This document shows, piece after piece, positions 1 to 11,030 of a stretch of DNA of 64,000 nucleotides. Both the position numbers and the translations under genes were made by a program. This stretch comes from Lytechinus pictus (taxonomy: Eukaryota). The stretch's first letter is position 1. Every line of letters starts with the position of its first letter. A model generated the notes under the pieces. The model was not told where the DNA came from and did no database searches. It saw nothing but the letters and a program-made list of their open reading frames with translations. The stretch lies in assembly GCF_037042905.1 (NCBI RefSeq), contig NC_087245.1, positions 35,094,001-35,158,000 on the forward strand. The letters are read 5' to 3'.

Positions 1-1018
1 TTTTTTTTTAAACCAAAATTTTGCTTATACGACAGTTCTGATGAATGCTGACGGATGTTTTGTACATTACCACTGGCGAGTATGGAATTGGATGTTTAAA
101 ACATTGTAGAACACAGAATTTGCAGTTTAGAAAATGGGAAAACTGGATAGTTTAAAGCTACACAGTACATTATTATAAATTTCCACTGAAGTGATTTGTA
201 GATTTACTTCCTCTTTTAGTCGATACCCTCTCATCTGAAAATACCTTTATGAGGTGGAAATAAGCAGACTATTGTATCTCTCTTATCAAAGCGATTAACC
301 CTAAAGTACCACAATGGAGCTGGTAATATCCTGAAAATCATTCAATGGTGTGTTAGGTGCTGAGCATTTTTTTGGTGGGGGGGTTGGAAGGGATGGATAA
401 TAATTGACGTATTCACTCTGAAACATAAAACATGTGTGCAATGTGTAAAAAGGAGAAATATCATACACAATTAAAGTAAGAAGACAAAAAAAAAGATTTT
501 GGTACATAAAAACAGTTTTAATGGGAACGAAAAAATTAAAAACTCCCTTTTCTTTATTATGGTTGATTTTTTTTTCTTTGTTGCTCTGTTCTTTCAGCCA
601 TTTACTGCGTATGGCAAAGGGAACCCCTGTTGATTGTCGAATCTGATATGATTTTTTAAAGAGGAAAATGCAAAGAAGGAAACCGTTACCTCAAGGGCTT
701 TGCACATTGGCAAAGTTGTGCTTAGTCATGTACTGTCACTGATCTTACCAAGACTCACACTCCTCAACCGGCTTTCTGTTTCTGTTCTTATTTTAAGAGT
801 TGGCGAACCCCACAGATAACTGGGTAAGGGGTGGTACTGCAAGAAAATAGTGCCATCCCCACACACATGCCATTTGAGCGGGGTTAAGCAACAAGACAAA
901 GGTCAATACTAACTGACTAATCAGAAACAAGAATGGTATGGTGTTCAAATTGTGATTTGACTTCTGTTACATACACGGCTGCATCAACAATTGTCTCCCT
1001 TGCAGTGTACATTACATT

Positions 1019-1559
1019 CCCGGGGGGGCCACTTACATTGACGAGTGGATACCATGCGCGACCAAAAAAACACGTAAAAAGGATGTCCTTTTCACGATAT
1101 GGCACGTTACGTACGTAACGTGATAAGGGTGTCAAAAACACAAAAATAATGAAAAAAGGGTGTCTATTTCGCTAGGAAAATTGCGTGTTTAGGGTCGAAT
1201 TTGCGGGAATGTTAAAACAAAATTAAAATGTTTTATAAAGGATGTCCATTTTGCCCCAACACTTCGTGTTTAGAGTCCGATTTGCGCGAGGTGTATGTTA
1301 CTAAACCAAATAAGGTAAAGCCGACGACCGAAGGACCCGTAACAATAAAACATTCATGTACTTGTTTAGGGGTTCATTTCAGGGAATATTTGCCAAGAGT
1401 ATCGTTTTCTTTCCAATACTTGTTAAGGGTAGGGTTTCACACGCCAATACTTGTTAAGGGGTGCATTTTCAGAATATGGAAATTACGTGTTTAGGGTGCT
1501 TTTCGAGACCCCATGGTCGCGCATGGTATCCACTTGTGAATGGAAGTGGCCCCCCCGGG
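1019..1559. mobile_element. MITE family A (CCCGGG termini, 8-bp TSD)
   Basis: TIR cccgggggggccactt...tggataccatgcgcgacca at both ends. TSD attacatt at 1011-1018 and 1560-1567. Second copy at 16698. Confidence 0.9.
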
Positions 1560-1897
1560 ATTACATTCCCACGTTCAGGGGCCTTGGCCAACTTTCGGAA
1601 ATAGCCCAGGGTTTCAACAACCCCTGGAGTTACAGTACCAGACTTCTGTAAAAAATAATTTGATTGGTAGCATTTTTCCCAGTCAAGAATTTTTACCCAT
1701 TTTTTGGTAAGCTTTCGCCTGTGAGGCTGCAAGCTTCGTCAGACCTTTGTTGTAGCTTGCATTTTTGCTGGAGCAACACTGACAAGGCATTAGTCAGTAC
1801 CAGAATAAATTTTAGTGTGAAAAGCAAAAAACAAACGAAAAATAAAGGGAAAAAAATAGTAAGGGACCATCAAAAGTCCTCTAGTATTAGGGGTTAA

Positions 1898-2292
1898 AGG
1901 TAAATGCTAGTTTTGGTAACGATATCAAAATGAGTTTGTACATAATCCAATGAAATGACCACCAAAGTGTCTGTTTGTATAAATAAAACGCATGTGCCAA
2001 AGGATTCTGGAAGAAATTGTGTAATTGCTGAGAAATCAGCAAATAAGCACAGGATTCGGGTAGAGCGTCGGGCCCGACGCTCAAAGCAATAATTATACAC
2101 TGTCCCACGTGCGCTTATCTGTGTTGGGGAAGTTCAGTCTGAACATTTTTCAGCGTAGATTTTAAGATTTCACAAAGTTCAGTTTATGTAACTGTACCAG
2201 ATCTAGATCCTCGATGATATACTGACAATCAAGCCTGGTTTTACAGACTTTCTCATGAAATCAGTGTTTACTGCAACTACTGGAATTTCTCT
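1898..2292. mobile_element. TTAA-flanked Kolobok-like non-autonomous element
   Basis: ttaa|aggtaaatgctagt ... actggaatttctct|ttaa, with imperfect TIRs. Confidence 0.6.
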
Positions 2293-2938
2293 TTAAATTG
2301 CAATGCGAATCCTTTCTTTCTCCATTAATGCTAATAGAGTGAATACAGTAGCAAATGTACGTAACCGACAAGTTTTTATATTGGAGTTATCTGTGGGCTT
2401 CTGCTAGTGGTCCTTTGATTTAAAGTATCATTTTATTCATTTACATAGCTCTCAATTTGGAGTGTGAAAGCACACAAACCACCTTTTTATGTTCATTCTC
2501 TCTGTTTGAGCTTTGAGTGTCCATCTCTGTTTGCTCTCCCTCGAGTCCAGACTTCCTTCTTCGTGTTTGTTTTTAGTCTAATGTACATACACGCAAAATA
2601 GACTGACCATCTACCCGTACCTCAAGTACAAGATGTATTTACACTGCCTCTAAGTTTGAGAATAACAGGTTTTCTTGAAAGACCTGAATCAGGAGATTTA
2701 CCCAGAGTATACTTGTTATCACAATAGAGGTATTTTTGCCAAACTGGAAGCAAAATACTCATAATATCCCCGAAAAAAATACCTGCTACTTTCTGAAATT
2801 AAATCTTCATTTCAATCTTCTTAAATATTTCCACATAATTTGACAGTATGAAAGCAGATTACATGGTTTTTCCCAACCCAGCGAGTAGTCGGGTGCGGGC
2901 ACTGAGGGCTGCTCGTGCCTTGCCTGCCAATCAGACTG

Positions 2939-4190
2939 TAGGGGAGACCGGGGTTAGTTGGAACATGGGGTAAGTTGAAACATTGTTATTTTCTTTAACG
3001 TCTTTAAATAAATTTCTGCAATACTGCCCTCAAGTTATTGTCATTATCAAGAGCCATCCACCATATTACAGACAACACATGTGCAACAAGCCTGGTGAAG
3101 TTAGAAACAAAATTTTGTTTTTTGACCTTCTGAGTAATTTTTTTCTTGTTCAGAAATGATTGATTATCTCAGAGAAGTTTATAGATCAAGTTGGCCAGTT
3201 TGGGGGTATAATAGACACTTATACCAAGCTACAAAATGAGGTTATTAATATGCCATGGTGAAGTCCCTTTTTTGTGCTGTAAGCTTATAAATGTCAAATG
3301 GGCCTCCGGGGTTAGTTGGAACAAAGTTGAAAGGGCTAGTTGGAACATGTTCCAACTTACCCTAAACATCATAATCAAACATCATAATTTTTCAACCAAA
3401 AGTCTTAAATGTATGATTTACTTTTGCTGGTTCAAACAGATTCACTATTTATGATCGCAAAAGACTCCTGACAAAGTCCATCGGAAAAAACAAAGTTCGG
3501 AAAACAAAAATACAAATTAAAAAAAAAAAAAAAAATACATAATAAATTATATTTTTTGAATTTTTGGTGGATATTTGTTATAAATGTGAAAATTGATACT
3601 CTCACCAAAAATTAGCATTCTACTAGCTTAATAAATAGAGTTAAAGGCAAAAACATACCCAAAAAAGCAAATTTCAGGAAAATTTTATATGCTTATTTGC
3701 ATAATTAATTATGAAAAAAATATAAACAATTAATTTTTGTCTTATAAATTTGATGCAGAAGTACATGAAATTGCTGAGAGTACACCTAATTGCATGTAAA
3801 CTCAAATGCACCCAAATATGCGGAATTCTACTACACAGTCTGCTTGTGTGAGTGGCTGTATAATAGAAAGCCTAAATTTCAATGAATCCACACTTTAATA
3901 TTTTGAACTTGAATAAGATAAAGCAAATAGGCTAAAACCATGTGATATTACAGTTTTAAGTAGTTTAAGTATAATTCTTAATTGACCATGCAGTGTTCCA
4001 ACTTACCCCATACCATGTTCCAACTTACCCCGATATGGGGGTAAGTTGGAACGTTTGCGATGGTCTTGTTCAAGTTCGATTTTTTTCAGTAACCATAATA
4101 GAGTTAAAAAATTTTATGGGGTACATTTGAAGCCCTGAGATATATGCTTCAAGCTGTCAAAAATGTTCCAACTAACCCCGGTCTCCCCTA
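2939..4190. mobile_element. Non-autonomous DNA transposon (TA-bounded, Tc1/mariner-pogo-like) with internal TIR-derived repeats
   Basis: Perfect TIR taggggagaccggggttagttggaaca / tgttccaactaaccccggtctccccta. The motif gggtaagttggaaca or its complement recurs near 3310-3360 and 3995-4050. No ORF. Confidence 0.85.
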
Positions 4191-4855
4191 TAGCGCATGT
4201 ATGCTCATAACTTCGAGAACTTACCCTGTAATGGTCTGCTTCTGGTGGTTGTGAATGCAGAAAATAAATATTGGGTATTATTTTATTTCAGCTTTAACAA
4301 ATTCTCGTAATTGAACAGGTATTCTGGTGATCAAGTAGGCCTGACTACGCCTTATGGGTACATGAATTCAAACTAGGCTTGAGTCAAAACGTTTCTCCAA
4401 CATTTGAATGACCAAAAACAGTTTTCAAATTTTGGTTTTTAAACTGTTGAGAAAAAGTAATCAAAAATACCTTAAAACCTACAAAAAATTCCCTTCATTC
4501 ATAAATTCTGCTTTGGAATGAATTAAGAATGTATATTTCACTAATATTTTTTCTAATTTGAATGGAAAATGAAATTAAACTACCGTAATAAACCACACCC
4601 GTGGATTAACCGCACCCCCAACTTTGGACTAATCACCCAAAAAAAAGTCATCACACACTCTTTCTAAATTCTTCTCACATTTACATGCATATTTGAGGTA
4701 CCAAGAAACAAAAATTAAAGATTTCAAAGTATCAAAAGAGTGATACTTCACGCAAAGTGGTTTTGTTACTATGGGAACACTGTGATGTCAAATGTTTAGT
4801 GCAAAATTTGAAACTGCAGTGTAGACATTCTAAATACAGTGTACATGTATTCTTG

Positions 4856-5291
4856 GACACCGTTCTCATACCTTCCTAAAACTAGTTTAGTGGAAACTAG
4901 TTTAACGTGTAATGAGAACGGTCGAAGCGATCTTCCAAACCGGTTCATAAAACCATCTTGTGATGTAGTTTTGAAGATCGCTTTGCCTCGTTAAACTGGT
5001 TTTAGCGTGAGTGAGGACACAACCGTTCTTCGGGAAGCGATCTTCGCACATTTTGAGCGCGCTACTGCACACGACAGGTGTAGAATGCCTTAGCTGCGGT
5101 TTCGAATTTTGTGCGAAACGTGTCACCCCACTGAGAGCATTTCCATAGCAACAAAATCGCTTTACGTGAAGTGATTTTGAAAACCACTTTCGTGTGATCA
5201 AATGGGAACGCAAGCAAAGTGATCTTCCAAATTTGTTTCTTGAACCGGTTTCCAGTAAACAAGTTTTAAAAAGCATAATGAGAACAGTGTC
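4856..5291. mobile_element. Harbinger-like MITE (GACAC termini, 3-bp TSD ttg)
   Basis: gacaccgttctcat / atgagaacagtgtc TIRs, ttg on both sides. Related copy at 11036-11610. Confidence 0.8.
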
Positions 5292-6741
5292 TTGAAAATC
5301 GCTTCCAAGATCAATTTGAGCATTCCCAATGCACTTAAAACTGGTTTCCACTGGCACTTAATGAGTTTAAGAAAGTAGATGAGATGAGAATTTAGTCAGT
5401 GTGTGTTTTCTCTTTCTGAACCCTTCCTCTTTCTCTAGTTTTCCAGTATTATTTTTTTCAGGATTTTCTTCATTCACAGTCATCGTATTTCTGTGTAAAT
5501 ATTGGCATCTTTGGCAAAACCATTTTGTAAAAATATTAGAACACCTCTTTCATAATCATATAATCAGATACATTTGCAACTGAAATACTAACTACATACC
5601 ATTTTTAAAAAAACTATTAGAACACCTATTTCAAAACTTGCAATGGGTAAAACCTACATAGATATGACAATCTTCCTATCTCGGAAGAATAGTCGGTTGG
5701 ATGTTTCTACAATGGATGCACCATGAAACGGGCTCCTCACTTCCTGCTTTGTAAAGTGAAACAGGTGCTTCAAGTCAAACTTTACATTTGTACATTTCTC
5801 AAATAACATGATGTACCCGTAATGTTTTTGAGGATTCTCTCACACATTTATGTATTGTATTTGACAAAGTCATTTTATCTATATAGGAAAAAAACAAGAG
5901 ATAATTTGTTTAAAATGTTTCGCCTGACCTGGTTCAAGGATCAGTCCATAGTCCACAAAATTACACCGCAAATTGCTGTCCCAATTCAATACCATTTTAT
6001 AAAAGTGATGAATGAAATTTGTCGAGAGTAGAAAATCTGTTTCTCCCTTTATTTTGGAAAACACTTTTGTCTGGCTTTATCACATTTCTAGTGCTATAAA
6101 ATAAGTTTAATACAGCAAGTGATATATATCATAATGGCTGAGAAGTGATAATATTAATATTCAAAATATATACCACACATTTACTTGTACATGTACCTGC
6201 CTATACTGACATTGAATAGTCATGTCACATTCACATGAGTTTTTTACTTGTATCTCATCTGTTTTTTGTCAATTCAAGAATTTTTTAAATTATCTCCAAA
6301 GCCACCAATATAGACTAAGCAAGAGATTGGAGTGAATGAACATGAACTTTTAACCTCACAGTAGTTACATGCAGGAAGACACATCTTGTACTTGACCTTG
6401 GTTATGATTTTAATTGGAGTATTCAGAAATATTTTATGAAATTGAATTTAAACAAAGGTCTATCAAAATTGTCAAAGAAGTTAAATGAAAAAAAAAGTGA
6501 AAATTATCATAATAAAAGTGCATAGCACTATTGGATTGCGTTTGCTGTATGTTCAGCCAAAGAAACCGATAAGGCATGCATAACCAAAGACATTTTATTC
6601 ATAAATAATAGTGATTCCTTAAATGGTAAATTAATTTTAATGGGAAATGCAAATGTTTGCTATTCATACTGCCTGTTCATTATTGTCTCCATTTAAATGA
6701 GATTTGTGGAATGCCAGTAGCGAGGCTGTGAATGTCTTTAA

Positions 6742-7442
6742 AGGTCAAGTCTACCCAAGAAAAATGTTGATTCGGAAATCAATAGAGAAAAATGAAACTA
6801 GCATAATGCTGAAAATTTCATCAAAATAGGATGTAAAATAAGAAAAGTTATGACATTTTAAACTTTCGCTTATTTTCACAAGACAGTCATAATGATATAC
6901 AATTCAAAGACATCCGAATGAGAGAGTCGATGATGTTACGCTTGTTGGATTGTTATTCTTTCAAATCAACTCTTCGTTGGGGTGTACTTCACTTGTCCTA
7001 TAAAGAAAATATAACTAAAAATATTGATGAAGGTTTGAGGAAAATTTGTCAAAGATAAAGTTTATCAGAATGTTAACTTTATTTATTTGTGATGTTATAT
7101 ACGAGCAGCTGCCCATATGTTATGTTATATAAAATGCGTAAATTTAAATTTTTTTAATAGTTCATGATGACTAAAAATATTCTTACAGGAGCGGGTGTGA
7201 AATAATTTGTCTGCTGATGTACTAAAGGTACAATTGTAACCATTTTTTTTTCTTTTTTTGAGAAAATTATGTTTCATTGATTTTTTACTGAACGATATAT
7301 AGGGAAGCAGCTCACACGTGACACCACAAATCTAAATAGTTAAGTTCTAGTAAAATTTTATCCTCAACCTGTCACCAATATATTTTTTTAAATAAATACT
7401 GCTTTTTATACGATAAACTTTTTGCCAGGGTGAACTTCCCCT
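6742..7442. mobile_element. Composite of decayed Kolobok-like MITE pieces
   Basis: ttaa|aggtcaagt... left arm like 9656. About 6975-7442 is a second palindromic element ending gggtgaacttcccct|ttaa. Confidence 0.6.
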
Positions 7443-8265
7443 TTAACGACTGAGCCGCCTAAATGTCTGCAATGTTTACCAGACTGTGTCTTACAGTCAT
7501 CAGGATGTAGTCTGCTGTGCAAACCCTTCACTCCAGTTACCGGGTCTGAATGCAAAGACTACAATGACTTGTCTACTGAAAGCCCTCTCGCTCAGGAATT
7601 GAAATAGACAGTTTTATTTATGTGCTTGTCCTTAATGTGAAGATTTGTTGATATAAGTTTCAATCAGGATCTGTGCCTGCATACTAGTCAGGGTGTTACC
7701 GTCTTCGAAGCACTTGACCCGAATCACCTGACACCTCCCTGTATACCTGAATGAAAGGGTCAGTGCTTTTCATTCTATGACTATGTCATTCGTCACCTGC
7801 TAAATGTTGTTGTTTTGGAACAGAAAATTTCACAAAATACATTGTAGGTCTGTCCTTTTCATACAAGAGTGTAGGAGAAGAAGCATGATATCATATAAAG
7901 TCATCAACATGGTATTCCATGTGAGAGCATTTGGCCAGGCAGAAGTTGAAAGGCATCAGTTGGCTAGCTTTGCAAACAGCTGATTTAAAAAAATTCTCAA
8001 ACCTAGATGAAACCTACGTATGAGTAGATTAGAACTGAAAAACCTAGAAAATAAGTAATGACCATTATTGAGAATGAGAAGCAATTAAGTATAATGCAAA
8101 CCCTTATTTTATAATTTCACATCTTTTAAGACGTTGATAGAACTCATATTGTTTGTGATGAAATTAAGATGGTGTTTCTGATCATTTAATATATTTCTTG
8201 AACAAAAAGTGTTATATGAGAGGTGTGGTGGCTGGGCTTGAAATCTGTGATTGATAACTCTTCTG

Positions 8266-8460
8266 GGGGGTGTTTCACAAAGACTTAAGTATGACTCGAC
8301 TCACACTTTAATTCTGACGCGGATACGATATTGATTAATTCGCAGTAGTGCGCTTCCTCTTGGCATGATCTGACCAGCGCGGTCATGCCTTTTATACCGC
8401 CCGCAACTGGGCATTGAAGTGCGAATCTAAGTCATACTTAAATCTTTGTGAAACACCCCC
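8266..8460. mobile_element. Short palindromic Harbinger-like MITE
   Basis: gggggtgtttcacaaaga.ttaagtatgact / agtcatacttaaatctttgtgaaacaccccc. Relatives at 48409 and 37088. Confidence 0.8.
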
Positions 8461-9101
8461 TTGTAATAGTAATAATTGGAATTTATTCAGTACCGTTTAA
8501 CATCTCTGTGCACTATGTTCTGTTCCAATTTTATTTGTGATTTATCATTTGTGATTCCCTCCAGCTTGAGAAATTGAATTTTCCTACTAGCTATAGTACA
8601 ATGAATCTTCTCATAATAGAAATAACCATAGAACCTGTAACATAGCAAAATCTGTCAGAAATCATTTTGGTAGATCTCTAATCATAGCAAGCTAGGGATT
8701 GGGTGCCTGGGGGAGACATGTTTTCTTTTCAAAAGTGTCTTTCTATGATAGATGGGATCAAAGAGGAGTAAACTTTAACCTTGTACCGTAAACAGAAAAA
8801 TTTCAAGCTCATATCTTCCTCTCTGTGAGCATCAAAAGTGGACACATAGCTTCGGGTGTTTTTGCACTAAATATTGTATGGTTCAGCTGCGTGTACAGTG
8901 TATATGTCCTTGTAGAAGGTAGATTTATTTACCGGGTCATGTCTGCAGAAACAAGTTCAATATGGAGATAACTTGGATATCAAATTTTCATGCTTTTTTT
9001 CTTCAAAGGCGAATGAATTATGATATCTAATTTACATAATCATATAATTCAATTCATCTTTATTTTGATTCCTAATATGTGACGAACACTTCACACATTA
9101 A

Positions 9102-10263
9102 AGGAAACCAAAACCCAAGAAGAGAAGCAATCTTTTTGGAAAGAGTAAAATGAGAGGAACAATTTAAAAAGTTTCATCAAAATTGGTTATGAAATAAGCA
9201 AGTTATGGATGTTTAAAAAGTCTTGTACGTACTATGGGGATCCTGAAATTGGCAAACGTGCTTCAAAATGGCTGATTTTGTGGACAACTCTCCATTTGTT
9301 TTGTACACAAATTATCAGATTTTCCCCTTTATTTTATATATTTCACATTATCTACTCCTGACCTTGACATATGTGGTGTGATTTATATTTTCCCATAACA
9401 TGTTGTGCTCAGAAGGAGGCAAGATGCAATTTGAAAGATAATGAGGAAAATCTGATAATTTGTGTACAAAACAAATGGAGAGTTGTCCACAAAATCAGCC
9501 ATTTTGAAGCACGTTGCCAATTTGAGGATCCCCATAGAAAGTACAAGACTTTTTAAACATCCATAACTTGCTTATTTCATAACCGATTTTGATGAAACTT
9601 TTCAAATTGTTCCCTCTCATTTTACTCTTTCCAATAAGATTGCTTCTCTTCTGAAAGGACAAGTCCACCCAAACAAAAAGTTGATTTGAATAAAAAGAGA
9701 AAAATCTAACAAGCATAACACTGAAAATTTCATCAAAATCGGATGTAAAATAAGAAAGTTATGACATTTCAAAGTTTTGCTTAATTTCACAAAACAGTTA
9801 TATGCACATCCTGGCTGGTATGCAAATGAGGAGACTATGGCGTCATCCACTCACTATTTCTTTTGTATTTTATTATATGAAATATTCTAATTTTCTCCTC
9901 ATTGTCAAGTGATACAATGATTAATTCCTCCCTGAACATGTGAAATTAGCATTGTTTAATACTATATGGTTCAGTCAAGTTGGTCCTAATTCTCAAATCT
10001 ATAAAAAATGAAATATTGTATAATTCAAACAATAAAAAACAAAAGAATTATTGAGTGATGGACATCATCGACTGACTCACCTACAATGAAGTTGTGCTTA
10101 TCACTGTTTTGTGAAAAATAAGCGAAACTTTAAAATGTCATAACTTTCTTATTTTACATCCGATTTTGATGAAATTTTTAGCACTATGCTAGTTTGATTT
10201 TTCTCTATTTATTCAAGTCAGCATTTTCCTGGGGTGGACTTGACCTTTAAGTTTTGGTTTCCT
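9102..10263. mobile_element. Kolobok-like palindromic MITE (outer), interrupted in its right TIR
   Basis: TTAA on both sides. The roughly 225-bp left arm 9102-9327 pairs with 9445-9651 plus 10251-10263. Confidence 0.88.
9656..10246. mobile_element. Kolobok-like MITE (inner, aggacaagtccaccc family)
   Basis: aggacaagtccaccc / ggggtggacttgacct TIRs with long inverted arms. Close copy at 32583-33178. Confidence 0.88.
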
Positions 10264-10880
10264 TTAATGAGCGAAACGAGTTTAAAATTTTGATGTAAAA
10301 ACCAGGTTGCGCAGAAAAATTATATAAGATTGGTTCGTGATATGATGAACGTGCTTATTCGACGATTGGCTCAGTAGCATTTCTTTTGTATTCTTTGTTA
10401 AGATTTTCTCACTGATCCCCGAAATGAGAAAGGATTCAGATTCACACCTGACTTTGTACTCAAATCATTTCTGGTATGCCTCAATATTTATTGTTTGTAA
10501 TCGGCCATGTGTGAACAATTTGCTAAGCTGTTGGTTTCAAATGAGAGATGAGATTCCACTCTTTCCATGAGTATCAATTTTATAGTAAAAAATTAATGAT
10601 TGTGAAATCTTTCTCTGAAAACCATTTCTTTTTTGTGGGATGCACTGTATATCAACATAATCATGAAACCATTATCAGATATTTAATATTTTGTCAATAT
10701 CGCAAATTTTTTATAATATCAGAATATCGCCCAGCACTAGAGGTGACTATGGCTCAATACAGAGCATCAGGCAACAAATTTGATTAACAAGAGAAATATG
10801 AATTCACATTAGATTTACATCAACTTGTCAGGTGTATTTCATATCGTCTTTGTGCTTTCTTTTTTTTTCTCCATTTACAG

Positions 10881-11030
10881 TTGATACTGCAAAGTTGAAC
10901 GGGAAAGCCAAGCCCAAAACAGTAGAGGAGACATCGGGTTGGCAGAAGACTCTGGGTGCTCTTGTCATCATCACTGGGGTGATTGCCGCTGCTTTCCTGA
11001 CAGGGGTCATAAGGATAGACAGGAATATAG
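10881..11030 (+). CDS. ASPH: ASPH exon encoding the transmembrane anchor (DTAKLNGKAKPKTVEETSGWQKTLGALVIITGVIAAAFLTGVIRIDRNI)
   Basis: Polypyrimidine tract + tttacag acceptor, AG|gtaaag donor, 150 nt, phase 1/1. Single hydrophobic segment as expected for type II ER-membrane ASPH. Linkage to the downstream exons is by phase and position only. Confidence 0.75.

Noticed and set aside
590..830. Possible upstream ASPH exon (acceptors near 597 and 797, donor tgg|gtaagg near 823)
   Set aside because: No open frame ending in the phase 1 required to join 10881, and no ASPH-like N-terminal sequence.
4902..5357. 151-aa ORF and similar ORFs in MITE copies (11060-11520, 16919-17344, 1228-1494)
   Set aside because: No transposase motifs; frames are not preserved between copies.
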